Shown: positions 23,885 to 35,973 of the stretch, one piece after another
Numbering within the stretch: position 1 is the first letter of the stretch
Layout of the letters: every line of letters begins with the position of its first letter
NCBI RefSeq assembly: GCF_011745625.1
Contig: NW_027191467.1
Span: forward strand, 310,001 to 374,000
From: Cladosporium halotolerans
Taxonomy: Eukaryota
Reading direction: 5' to 3'
DNA: 64,000 nucleotides
Notes under the pieces: generated by a model
Databases searched by the model: none
What the model was told of the DNA's origin: nothing
Seen by the model: only the letters and a program-made list of their open reading frames with translations
Position numbers and translations under genes: made by a program

Positions 23885-24366
23885 GTCGTTGATGTCCTCA
23901 AGTTGTTGGGTAATGGTTTGTAGGATGAATAATTTTGTCCACGGCAGAGATTTTATCTCACCATGAGCGGCCAAGGACATGTGATCACATGGGAGTGATG
24001 GCTCCAGCGACCTTCCGCGCCTTGCTGTGAGACTTCAAGGTGAAGCCGTCGGAGAGTCACAACATGAGATTGCGTTCGATATTGGCATGCAGATGACTTT
24101 GTCGCGGTTCCAGAGTGAACGAAAGGCAAGGCAAGGCCCTGGGTGAGCACAGATAACCAGCAGGATATCGCAGTGACGATGTCTACTCACCAGGAATGTT
24201 TAGCTTTCTGTTCGGATTGACGGTAGCGAATTGATGAAGTATGTATAGCATTAGTCACAAGTGCTTACAGTCATCTTAAGGTGATTGAAAAGAGTAGTTT
24301 CTGGAAAATGATGAATGCCACCCATCGGATCTCCACCATTCATGACATTCGTCAAGACACAATCCT

Positions 24367-24813
24367 CTACTCGATCTTGAACTCCAAACAAGCCTTCTTC
24401 CCAACACCCCTACCGAACTTATCACCCTTCTGGCAAACATCCCAGAACGCCGCCAAGCAATCGTCCTCTCCATCAAGCACAGCCTTGCAACCCTTCGCCG
24501 ATGTCAAGCGCGCAGTAGTCATGACACCGCTTGGGTCGAAGCCGCCCGCAGTATAACCATTGAGGGCAGTATCTGCGACAGAGTTCGGGTTGTCGTTGTC
24601 GCTGTCGTTGTTGTCGACCTGGGCGCAGAAACCCCTAATGGCGTCCGCGGCTCCGGAGCCTGTGGCGAGGGTCTTTTCGTCGCAGGCGGCTTCGGCTGGT
24701 GAGGAGGCTTCGTCTGTTTCCGGGGGGCCGGCGTCGTCTTGCTCTTCTTGAGCGAAGGCTATGGTATAAAGCAGGGTCGTCAAGAGGACCATGATCAAGG
24801 TTTGGACACGCAT
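24367..24813 (-). CDS. Small secreted cysteine-rich protein (148 aa, 6 Cys), effector-like
   Basis: Hydrophobic signal peptide MRVQTLIMVLLTTLLYTIAFA, acidic linker and six cysteines in the mature part. Confidence 0.75.
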   Translation of the reverse strand: MRVQTLIMVLLTTLLYTIAFAQEEQDDAGPPETDEASSPAEAACDEKTLATGSGAADAIRGFCAQVDNNDSDNDNPNSVADTALNGYTAGGFDPSGVMTTARLTSAKGCKAVLDGEDDCLAAFWDVCQKGDKFGRGVGKKACLEFKIE

Positions 24814-25619
24814 GGTTGAGTTTTTGGATGTTCGAAGAGCTCAATGAGATGGTAGCGTGGAGCCGTATTATGAGCCTGATTTTGGCTGATTGAAATCAGG
24901 TTGAGTGTAAGTTGGGATCAATCAAATGACCGACCCAAGATTAAAATGAGATTTGGGGGAGACAAAGAATGATGGGCCACGGATGCAGCTGCAGCTGGAC
25001 AAAGGCAACGCAATAGACGGCGTACGCCCATGCGAGCTCATTGTCCCGATTACGCTGACGATTGAATGGTTGACACGTGATGTCCGATGGTTCTGCTTTT
25101 CGGTCGCCTGAAAGGGTTGTTACTTATCAAGAAGCTTAGTCCCCTACCACGCTCTCAGCAATGTCTATGAGCAGAAGAGTGATTCATCAGAGCTGGTGCA
25201 ATCAGCGACGGTCCGATATAATAGCGTCTACAGAAACAAGACCGTGCCATGAAATCTCCAGTACGCTGGCAGACCGTCTGCACAGAACCATAGGATGAGA
25301 CGGTTTGCCAAATTGAAGCCGCTCATCCATTCCCCTTGTGTACGACCACGAACGTTTTCTCATGCAATCATGCCTGTATCAGCGCGTATACCTGTGTTGG
25401 GTGTTCGCTAGCATAGCGGAAAAGGATGCTCGCAAGAGTTCTAGGGTTGGTTTGTTGATTGAAGTATGTAGACCTCGGGGTTGTTAGGGTTGTCGTCCGC
25501 GCGCGAGCGGCGTCCCGACTCACCTCCGAGAGCATCTCCGCAAATCATTGGTCTCCAGAAGTCGCATAGAACATCGGAGGACATTATTGTCGACGAGCAC
25601 CCACAGCGCGCCAGTAATA

Positions 25620-26654
25620 ATGTCCGGCCCTCTCGCCCTGCCCATACGGATCCTCTCGCAATCGTCACGGCAGACGAGCTCAACACAATGCCTGCGCCAG
25701 CGTAGCGGCTACGTGCCTCTGGACACCACGATCCGCCAGCAGAGATGGACGCTTTCGAAAAGGGCGTTTGCGACCGTGCCGCGCCGTGAGAGGGCCGTGA
25801 TGCCGCAGCAGATGAAACAACAGGCTCAGCCGTCCGCGAATCGCATGCAGAAGGAGCAGCAGGAAGCCATGATGCGAAGTGGTCAGCTCCCAGACGACAT
25901 TGGGATGCTGCCGGACACATTCATTCTGCCGCGGAACGAGGGCGAGCGCAGGAATCGGACGCTGAGGAAGAAGTGGCTGAAGACACGGTTTAATGATGCT
26001 TGGAGGTAAGGACTGCCCCCGATTAACAAGCTACTGGGAAGAACGAACCAAAGAAAAGACCTCTGACACCTCTTGCGCACCAGTCTCCTCGCCTACAAAT
26101 GGGTTATAGTCAAGCCCCGACCAAACCTCGAGCTCTTCAGCATTGCGTCAAAAGCCGCCACCATGCATCAAAAAATGTACAAAGCCTTCGCCGCTGGCGA
26201 TATGAGCGCAATGCAGGGCCAGATCTGCAGCGGCCTGCTCGGCTCTCTGCGCGGCCGCATCGCACAGCGCGCGCCCAACACGTACCTCGAGTGGTCAGCC
26301 AAGAAGCAGCTGTCGCCGCCGCGCCTGTGCTCATACAAAGCCGTGGCGCTGCCCGGGACCAAGGACGAGGGGAAGAACGAGCGCAACTGCCAAGTGCAGG
26401 CTGTCGTGAGGCTGCACACCCTGCAGGCCTTGCAGCATGTGAAGAGGGTGACGAAGCGCGTGGGTAACAAGATCCGCACGGAAGAGGAGCGTGTTGGGAG
26501 GGAGGAGGAGAAAGAGAGCTACGAGTACATGGTTTTGCAGAGGACCATCAGGAGGGGCAAGGTGAACGATTGGCAGATTTGGGGATTTACGGACGAGACC
26601 AGGCTCAGAGATGTCGAGAAGGAGAACGCTGCTGCGAAGGCTCCGAAGAAATAG
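25620..26654 (+). CDS. Tim44-like domain mitochondrial protein (Mba1/mL45-like); intron 26006-26083
   Basis: Presequence-like MSGPLALPIRILSQSSRQ, then DIGMLPDTFI, MYKAFAAGD, QAVVRLHTLQ and EYMVLQR...WQIWG. Confidence 0.75.
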
Positions 26655-27140
26655 ACAGGAGCGGTCTGGATGATGCTCCAGATCATTGCTGGCGAACATG
26701 ACACACGCCCCTGTAAAATTCCTGGACACATGAGACGAGAGCTGTATTTCACCTCAAACGTAGATTTACCTCCAATTACTAGCGTGAGATGAAACTTCAA
26801 AGGATGTCGGGTTGCCATTTCCTTGAATAGAGTGCAAACTCAGTAGTAGCTACGGAAGAAACAGGAATAATCGCCAAAGACAGTCCGTGTCCTTCCCCAA
26901 CCGCTAAACATTCCATCATAAAGTATGTTGGTGGTCATACTCCGAATTCGTAGCCGGAAATGCGTCGTGCGCAGACTGGCTTCTTCCAAGGAAAGAGCCA
27001 ACAGGCACTGCCAAGTAGACGCTCACATCCGAACTCTCCCGCTGCCTGGGAACCGCAAATTCAATCGGGCTGATGAGCGGCCTAAGATATTGCCAGCGAA
27101 CAGAATGCCGGACCCGAGTCGCCTCGCACGGCGATTCCGC

Positions 27141-27764
27141 TTAGAAACCGTGCACCTTCACGGTGAGGGCCTCAAGGCCCAAGCCTTCCTTCTTGTCCGT
27201 GAGGAACTCCTGAACATCCTTGCGCTGATCGCCTTGGAGCTGGATGACCTCACCCATCTCCGAGTCCGCTACGATGGTGCCATTGCAAGCGAACTTCTTC
27301 TTGATCACCTTGAGGATCTTCTTCTGGTCGAACTTCTTCGGCAGACCCTGGACAGTAGTCAAGGTCTTGCGACCGTTGCGCTCTGTTGTCACATATTAGT
27401 CACTGACCCGTCGTGTGGTTGGGTCGGCGAGGAGGATGACGTACGCTGGATACGGATATGGATGTAGTTCTGAGACTGCTTCTCTCCGCCGGTGTCTTCA
27501 TCCGCTTCGGCGAACGGGTCTACAATGTGGATTAGTGTGTTGTTCTTGCGCTTATCGTCGGCAGCCTGGGTCGCGTCGCGGCGGCCCCTCTCTTGCTGAC
27601 AGCGTTCGCTTCACGCGTGACGAGGGCAATTTTGCTGAAGAACAGCCGAGAGCAAGTCGCTGTAGCCCCAGAGGAAGAGCACTGGGCGACGCGAGGTCGG
27701 GCGCGTACGGAGGATGGTGAAGGGACATACCGAAGGACTTGAGGTTTTCGATTGATGCGGACAT
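27141..27764 (-). CDS. SUI1: Translation initiation factor eIF1; introns 27520-27730 and 27383-27444
   Basis: Spliced MSASIENLKSF|DPFAEADEDTGGEKQSQNYIHIRIQ|QRNGRKTLTTVQGLPKKFD...FACNGTIV...IQLQGDQR...KVHGF*. Confidence 0.97.
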
Positions 27765-28330
27765 AAAAGACGTGCTTCCTGGTGTCTCCTTGAGAGGTTT
27801 TGGAGTAGTCGCGAAGTGGGTTGATTCCCTTTGTGTAGTCTTAAAACTGAGTTGCTGAGTTGTTGGAGCGGAGAGTGGTAATGTTGTTGTTGGTGGGTGG
27901 TGTCAGAGACAGTCAGTCAGGCTGAAGGTGGGGGGAAGTTCAAAGGCTTCCCGCAGTTGGCGGGCACGGCCCAGGGTTTCTTGGCAGCCGTGACTTCATT
28001 GGTCAAACGCCACCAGACACCTGCGCGCTCACGAGACTCTGACCTACATATTCACTGACTGCGCACGGCGTGAATGCAGATATGCGTCAGCTTGTACCGC
28101 TACGACGCCAAACATGGCTCAGGACTGATCGACGGTGAACCCAATTGCCATCCGACGCATCCCGGTAATCTCACATCATGTCGTAGAATTGGGCATTACA
28201 TTGGGCTTCACGGCGGAATTGTCGGCATGTGGAATCTGTCTGAAACACGCTGCTGTTGCCGATTCTGGCGATCGAAGTACATCTTCAAATATAGGGATAC
28301 AAGGAATTTGACGAAGTGATGCTTGCCTAA

Positions 28331-30040
28331 TCAGGGGTCTGCATTCGCAAGATCTCTCTTGTAGCGCTCCTTCGCCCTCTGCTGGCTCTCACGGAAATTC
28401 ACGTGAGGCTTAGGATATCCCAGCTTCTTAAACTCGGCCTCGCTCAGGCGCTCAGACGGCGCAAACACCGCCTTGCCTTCTACGTTCTTCAATTCGGGGA
28501 CCCACTTCCGGATATAGTCCCCGTTGGGATCGCACTTCTCGGCCTGAACCACCGGGTTGAAGATCGTATAGCTGGGCTCCCAGCCCTGGGTGTTATTGGA
28601 CAGGTCCCAGTCAATGAGGTGCTCGGCAAAGTAGCGCTCTCCGAGGCGGTAGTCGATCAACATGTTAGCGCGGAGATATGAGGATGTGTTCATGCGCAGG
28701 CGGTTGTGCATGTAGCCCTCAGAGTTCAACTGGCGCATGCCGGCGTCGATGAACGGCTCGCCCGTTTTGCCTTCGTACCACTTCTTCCACCCTTCCTCGT
28801 CATCCTCCCATTCCACATTGTCGAACTTGAGGTTTTGGGGGAGGTTCATGGTCGTGTGGGGAGAAGTGACGGTCACCTGGCGGTAAAACTCTCGAAAGAC
28901 GATTTCGCGGACCCAAGCAGCGACGCCTGCGTCGCCTTCGTCAAAATGCTGACCGTCATTCCTTTTCTTCGTGACAGAGAGGGCTTCACGGACGCTGATG
29001 ATACCGGAGGAGAAATAGGGAGACAATCTGGACGACGGGTCCCGCGCAGGCTCAGAGCGGTGTTTGGCGTAATCGGAGACCTTTTGGTCGAGAAAGTGGT
29101 TCAGACGTTCGATGCCGGCATCGTGGCCGGCAGGCCAAAGTTTGCGAATGCGGTCCCGTTCTTCTTTGCTTGCGAACTGTTTACTCTCGGGAAGGTCAGG
29201 CACCTTGGAGTCGAAAAGGTCCTTGAACTGCTTCTTGGCATCTTTGTCATTTCCTTGCGGGGGAGGAACGGTGTCGAGCAAACTTGGGTCACTCTTGGTC
29301 TCAGATAGCCATGCCTTGTGGTAAGGTGTGAAGACTTTCATTGGCCCGCCGCTGCCTGTCGTGATCGTACCGGGCCTTACCACTGTCTGATCATGCAATG
29401 CGTCGAAGGAAAGATCCTTTTCTTGGGAAACATGCTTGGCCACCTTAATGTCCCTTCTCAGCTCGTCAACTTCGTACTCAATGTTCGCGTAGATGTGTGA
29501 GACATCGTGGTCCTTGACAAATTGCATGACATCCTCTGTCTTTTCAGCACGCTCCTTGGCCGTGACAATCGCGAGCGGAATATTTCTGTCCTCCAAAGAC
29601 GCTTTCAGCTTCTGCAGGCTCTCAAGTATGAAGTCGGTGCGCGGAGCGCTCGTGCCATGCCACTCCATATCTTTCGGAGAAAAAAGGTACATGGTGATCA
29701 AGCTGCCGGATCCCTCTTTGGCCTTCTGAGCCGCGGCGTGCAAGCCGCGGTTGTCGTGCTCTCGAATGTCCTTTGAGCGGAACCAATGCAGGACATTGCG
29801 AGTGTTCTTCTGGTCTTTCCTAGTCTTCTCTAGAAGTTCTTCCAGTTGGCTCATCGGAGTATCTTCGTCGATCTCCTTTGCGCGCTTGGTTGATGGATGC
29901 TTGAGCATGTCGTCCGTGCTCTGAGAGCGCTCGTGCTTTCCGGTCATTATCGCCGCTGTGCTGAGATAGGATCGTTGAAATATGGGATGAGATTGTCTTG
30001 TAAGGGAGATTGTTGGAGACTGGAGGAACAAGAGACGCAT
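28331..30040 (-). CDS. Photolyase/cryptochrome family flavoprotein, class I CPD-photolyase-like but divergent
   Basis: VLHWFRSKDIREHDNRGL, YEVDELRRD, KVFTPY, SRLSPYFSSGIISVR, GKTGEPFIDAGMRQL, GYMHNRLRM and DPNGDYIRKWVPEL motifs. Confidence 0.93.
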   Translation of the reverse strand: MRLLFLQSPTISLTRQSHPIFQRSYLSTAAIMTGKHERSQSTDDMLKHPSTKRAKEIDEDTPMSQLEELLEKTRKDQKNTRNVLHWFRSKDIREHDNRGLHAAAQKAKEGSGSLITMYLFSPKDMEWHGTSAPRTDFILESLQKLKASLEDRNIPLAIVTAKERAEKTEDVMQFVKDHDVSHIYANIEYEVDELRRDIKVAKHVSQEKDLSFDALHDQTVVRPGTITTGSGGPMKVFTPYHKAWLSETKSDPSLLDTVPPPQGNDKDAKKQFKDLFDSKVPDLPESKQFASKEERDRIRKLWPAGHDAGIERLNHFLDQKVSDYAKHRSEPARDPSSRLSPYFSSGIISVREALSVTKKRNDGQHFDEGDAGVAAWVREIVFREFYRQVTVTSPHTTMNLPQNLKFDNVEWEDDEEGWKKWYEGKTGEPFIDAGMRQLNSEGYMHNRLRMNTSSYLRANMLIDYRLGERYFAEHLIDWDLSNNTQGWEPSYTIFNPVVQAEKCDPNGDYIRKWVPELKNVEGKAVFAPSERLSEAEFKKLGYPKPHVNFRESQQRAKERYKRDLANADP

Positions 30041-30796
30041 GAAGAGCAGACGGTGGGCGGTAAGGGAAGGGTTATGAAGAGAAAGGAGAAACGCGTCCTA
30101 CCATTGACTTTCACCTATTGGATGTTCCATTCGCGCACCCTCCGCGCAAGGATCTGCGTCATCTGAATGGTGGAAGGATGAATTACATCTGTATCCCGAT
30201 CGCGCTAAGGGGTGAGATCCATATCATCGACGTGTGTCTCCAAAATTGCCGACGTCATCGGTAGATCGCCGGCGCACTTTTTGATTGCGGACACCACTTG
30301 ACCAATGTGAGGACACGGTGTTGCTTCAGTCGAATTGCACTGTAGTATTCAGTTTGCATCCGTTGTGTGTGAAAATTGATAAGGGAAATAGTTACGCCTG
30401 TGCCTTCGTTGCCGTGACTCCGCACGGTCGAGCAGCCGCCTTATTACCGTGTTGTATCAACTGATGGATTTGCGGTTCGCGCACCAGCTCGGCACTAGGG
30501 CGCCAGACCGGTCACCAATATATTCACGAGTGCAAATAGTTTATTCATTGTTGTATGCTGATTCAGTTATTTAGCTTTGATATTAATGTCTGTTATATTA
30601 TGAGGGGTGACCAAAAAGAAAAACAGTCGGTAATTAATAAGCGCCGTGTACTGTATCAACTTCGTGTGGTATCGTGCAGATATGAAATATGGCACGTAAT
30701 AATCTGATGAACTCGGTAAATTAACTTCCAATTCTGATCTTTTGAATCGAATCATCAATCGGTCATGAAGCGTGAAGTAAGCTTCTTATGAAATCT

Positions 30797-31823
30797 TTAG
30801 GCACCTTCGTGGGTGCCGTTGGTGGTACCATTCGTACCGTTGGCTGCGACGCCGTCCTGAGCAGCTTCCTGATCGGTGACGCGCTTCTTCCTGCCCTCGA
30901 ATTGAACGTCCTTCTCGTTGTAGTCATGAATGTGCAGACCAAGGTCAGCCGGGTTGATGTTGCGGTGGCCCCAGATGAGAAGAGCGCCGAAGACAGGTTT
31001 GGCGAAAACGTCGAGAACGCCGTAGAAGACAGCCTCAGAGTCTGGTGCGATGAGGTTGGCGCCCTCGCAGACAGCCCATGCGATCGGGTAGAGAATCCAC
31101 AAGAGGGATGTCAGGGATCCGCAGATGAGGAACGTCCTGCCCACGTTCGGTCCCATGGCGTTGGCGTGTCTGCGAGCCTCCCAGACGAGGACGTAAACAA
31201 TCCAGAGAAGGGCGGCGCAACCGAAAGTGAAGTAGCCCCACTTATAAGTCGTCTGGACGAGAGCACCAGCCAGGCCGGTGACGATCATGACCTCGTCGAC
31301 CAAAATAAGGAAAAGGGTAGTGGGCCATGGCATGCCGGCAGTAAGAAGTAGATCCATAAGGAGCAGGGGCGTGGTAATGACCCAGTCAATGTACCTCTGA
31401 ACCTCGTTGTCAGCGTCTGCGTGATACGACAATGGCGGGTTACACTTACGACGTAGTAAATCTCGCGGTACTGGCCGCGGACTTCCGGGTCTGATGGACG
31501 CTCAAATTCAACCTGAATGCCCGTCCATCCGAGATGCGAGGCCATGGTGAAGTAGGCAATCGCTGCAACCATCGTGATAGCGGCGGTGATGTAGTGGAAG
31601 ATGCGATGCTGACGGGGTTTGGTAGCCGCAAGGCCAACGAAGGCCATTGTCGACGCAATCATAATAGCAGTCACCGTCCAATACCAATCTGAGCCATGGG
31701 TGGTGATGGCGACCTGAGCAATGGAATTGCTCACGTCGTCGGCTGGAGTATCCCGTTAGCATTTGAGATCACGCGACTGAAATAGTTGAACGTACTGTTA
31801 ACAGCGAGCGCTTGATTACCCAT
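30797..31823 (-). CDS. carO: Fungal microbial rhodopsin (CarO-like proton pump); introns 31743-31795 and 31397-31449
   Basis: Seven hydrophobic segments. Helix C RYIDWVITTPLLLMD carries the DTD motif (bacteriorhodopsin D85/T89/D96). Helix G YGVLDVFAKPVFG carries D212 and the retinal-binding Lys. Lies in the car cluster. Confidence 0.92.
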
Positions 31824-33727
31824 TGTGAGTGAATAGACGGAGTTCAAATGTCTGTTGATGAGTGCAGTGTCCGAGATCAAAAACAGTAAGATGCCCACAG
31901 CGAATCGATGGCAATCTGCGACGAATTTATATTACAGCTCAAATGCAAAGGTGCATGATGCAACCACTCAAACCTCTAGCCTTCGTGCACATGACGTGGA
32001 AGTCAATCGTTGGTGAAGGCAGCCTTTGCCTTTTAGTGCCGCCCATCGTTTCGCGGCATCCTATCCCGGATATGCACGGGTCATCCTTCAGCAAGGAGAC
32101 AAGGCCGGTTCCGGCCATGACTATCGCAAGGCAGCTCGCAGCGGAGCAGTTTGCACTTGCTACTGAGCTCCATGCGGCACCCCCCCAGAAGCTCTTTCGA
32201 GGGCAACCCTGTTCCCCTATTGTGCCTCATGAACGAATGTCCCTCTCACGATTCAAGAGGGGGCATGTCAGCGAGCCTGACCTAGTCGCGATGCATGAAT
32301 GTGATATCCATCCCGTCATAAGAGCGTCTTAGCGCCAACCCTACCCGTCAAAGGAGGGCAGTCCGAAGCTGGCGATGAGCTTGTTTGGACTTCGAGACTC
32401 AAAGTCTGCGGCCCGGAAGCTTAGGCGCATTCCTGCTCAGGATCTTGCAAGTCTGTGTTCATCTCTGACATCTCACCTCATCATCAATCAAAGACCCTGC
32501 AAGTCCAACCGCAACCGACTCGCTCGAAGTCGAGCGAGCGGATAGAGACATGCCGCGGGCGCACGCGGAGAAGTATCACATGTTTCAAAACCACGTCGGA
32601 ATCAAATCACTAGCCGTGGAGGTCCATCACAATGCTGTGTTTGCAGGGGAGAGGCAGTGTCATGCCGGGGTTTGCTCCGAGTCTGCGCGCAGAGCGCACG
32701 TCGACCATCTTCGATTCTTTAGGTCTTGGAAGGGGCGGTCTGCCGCCAGCAAAGTCAAAAGATTCAAGACCACTCATCAGTCTGTTAGCGACCGTTGAAA
32801 TGCTGCTATCACTGTAGATCTCGAACCGCATCCTCACGCGCGCGAACGTTGTCGCACAGCGTCATCATCTCATCATGACTTCGCAGGGCACTCTAGGTAT
32901 CAACGTGTGCCCAGGGCCCCTACCCTCCCAAAGCGCTGCATCCGCGCCAGATCCGGACGCGCATCGACTCCTCAGAAAAATGAAGCCGCGTGACCCCGAC
33001 GAAGCCTTTACGAGCATGCCCACGTCCGCGCCTTCGTCGGCCTGAAATTCTGTCCGCACCAAACCGATTCGCTCAAGGTGGTTGGGGTGTTGCAGGGGCA
33101 AACCGCGGGATCGTCTGACCATGACACTCGACTTTTGTCATTCGCAACATTGTCTATCCGGATCATTTGAGATTGTATTGAATCCGAATCTACGTGCCGT
33201 TGGAGTGGTAGTCCGAGGAAGTGTAAAAATGGTGTAGCAGCGGTCTCGACGCCCGTCGCCCCGGTCCACTGTGATTCGCACTACAAGTCGCAAACTCTGG
33301 TCAAAAGGGCATAGCGAGGTCGGAGTAGCGGAGCTGTCTGATCAGTAGATGTGCATCGCGCATTTGAAAGTGTATAGGATCTGGAAGACGACGACGCGTC
33401 CTTGTAGAGTGGATATATTGAACCCTCCGGATGGGAATTCGGTCTCGATACCCGATGAGAAAGGATAGCCCTACGAGACTTCTCTTCTTTTCGGGGAGAA
33501 GAGATGCCTAGAGGTAACAACTCTATGATAAACTTTCATAGACCTCAATTATTTGGAAGAGCGATGGGGACATGCAGACGCGGTCTCTGAAGTGTCCAAT
33601 ATAATTGCGTAGGGCATTGAATAGTACATCTGTAATACCCGTGCGTAGAAAAGCTGCCTTAGCCTTCACGCGTATATCGATGCCAAAGGTTTCGACATCA
33701 CTTAACGTGGTCCTCTAGGTCTAGAAT

Positions 33728-35660
33728 CTACATATTCATGAAGTACATGAACCCAACCACCCACGGCACAATCATAACCATAGCGATAATGAAAAGCCAG
33801 CTCTTCGAATCGTCCAGCCAGAACGGCTTGTCCACCGCGTCCAGCCTCGCGTTCTTAGCCTTCTCTTCCTCCTGACCCCAAGGAACCCGCATGCCTAAAT
33901 CCTGTAAGATCTGCTCCGCAACCAGCCTCCCACCCGCCAAAACGATCGGCACACCAGTCCCCGGATGCGCACTCGCGCCCACCATATACAATCCCTCCAC
34001 ATCCTTCCCCTTTCCCCTCGTCGCATCAACAACAACAGACGCTAACCGCTCAACAACACCGCCCCCCAGCTTCCCATCGATCCAATGCGGCCTGCGCGCG
34101 CGCGTCGACGGCCGGAACGACAGGACATTGAAGAAGCTGTGCGAAAGCCCGAGGATGGCGCCCTTGTCGAGGTTGAAGCGGTCGCGCCACGACATGGGGT
34201 CGTTGGTGAGCTCGTGGCGGATCAGGGGCGCGAGGTCGGCGCCTGTGCGTAACTTGATTGTTGCCAGGATGGTCTTGCGCGCGAGCGCGATCATGGCGGG
34301 CCAATCTTGGGTTTCGGAGGGCGAGATGCCGGTTTGGTTGGCGGGGGAGGCGGATTTGATGGAGGTCGTTGTTTCTGAGGGGCCGTTGGTGTTTTGTGGT
34401 GTGAGAGTGCCGTTTTGGGATTTCTCGACTAAGTGGCCGACGGGGACGAGGACGACGACGCTGTCGCCAGTGGGAGGCGCGGCGGTCGGGTCGATGCGGC
34501 TTGGGACATTGACGTAGAAGCTGGGCTCGTCGGGGATGAGCTGCTTTTTGAAGATGCTGTCAAAGGATTCGCGGTATTCGTCGGCGAGGAAGATGTTGTG
34601 AGGTTGGAGGTCTGGGACCTTCTCCGAGAGCGCCCAATAGAAGCTTATGCTTGAGCAGCTGCCTGGCCGTTGTGATAGCGAGTCCGCATATGGTGACTTG
34701 GGCAGAAGCTCGTTGTAGGCGTACACCAGGTCGGAGTTGTTGACAACGATGTCTGCTTCCAGCACCTCGCCGCTCTCCAATCGAACACCCTTTGCCTTCG
34801 CTCCGCTGTGATCCAACAAGATTGCCTCAACTCCAGTCCCCAACCTGTAGTCAACTCCAAGCCTCTTGCCGATGTCTACCAATGCCTCCACAACCCTGTG
34901 GAACCCACCCACAGGATACCAAATCCCCTCCGCCAACTCCGTATATTGCAGCAGCGAGTACGTTCCTGGAGCATCGAACGGACTCATACCCATATACATG
35001 CTCCCAAAAGTGAACACGCGCCTCAACCGCTCCGTCCAGAAATACTTGCTCGCGCGCGTCCAGATCGACTCAAACGGATGCAGATCCAACAAATGCTGCA
35101 AGAACGACCACCTCAACATCCCCGCCAGCGTCTCAAAATTCCTCAACAGCACATGCGACACCGACAGCTCGTAGTGCCTGTGGCTCTCCTGCAGAAACGC
35201 CAGGTACCGCTCGTAGCCATCCTTCCCCTCCCAGCGCTCGACCTCGTCCTTCATCGTCGCGAGATCCGAGCTGAGGCGCACGCGCTCGCCGTCGCCGAAC
35301 CAGATGTTGTAGTTGGGGTCGCATTTGAGCAGCTCGACGCCCTCGGCTTCGAGGCTCGTGCCCAGCTCGCGGAAGGTCAGGTGGAAGAGGCGCGGAAGCA
35401 GGAGCAGCGAGGGCCCTTGGTCGAAGCGGTAGCCTTCATGGTGGATGAGGCTGCAGCGCCCGCCGGTGAAGGCGTTCTTTTCGAGGACGGTGACGCGGAA
35501 GCCGGCTTTGGCGAGGCGGGCGGCGGTTGCTACGCCGCCTACGCCGGCGCCTGGATGAATGAAAGTGTCAGCGGGGCCGTGGTGGTGATCAATGGGGTGG
35601 GAGGGGGTTTCGTAGCTTACCGATCACGACGGCGCTCTTCTGCTTCGGCTTCTCTGACAT
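33728..35660 (-). CDS. carB: Phytoene desaturase (al-1/carB); intron 35551-35620
   Basis: MSEKPKQKSAVVIG|AGVGGVATAARLA (FAD-binding), GYRFDQGPSLLL, MYMGMSPFDAPGTYSLLQYTE, GIWYPVGG and GASAHPGTGVPIVLAG. Confidence 0.96.
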
Positions 35661-35973
35661 TGCGAGGTGAGTACTTGGGACGGAGGCATGTTTGCGGCGG
35701 TGGGATGTCGAAGTGGTTGACTTTCACATGCAAGCCTAGTGCATGCGGGAGCTTCAAGCCGACGCTTCGGTGACGTCCGGGAAAATGCTTGGAGCCAATC
35801 TCAACGCCCGTGCATGAACGAGATCTAAGATCAGACCATACTCGGCAGAACGCGAATGCGAAGCATTTCAATACTTGATCGAGGCACAAGATGTGTACAT
35901 AGGTATGGCTTGATTTTTACTTATGTGACATTATATACAACACATGCACTAGTTCACCAAAATCTCCATCATC

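Noticed and set aside
27520..27730. Long first intron of SUI1 as a possible snoRNA host or nested intron
   Set aside because: No convincing C/D or H/ACA boxes or internal splice set seen, and simple splicing already gives the correct frame.
31824..33727. 1.9 kb gap between opsin and carB as a hidden cluster gene
   Set aside because: Only short ORFs without motifs or a consistent splice model; treated as opsin promoter and carB terminator.
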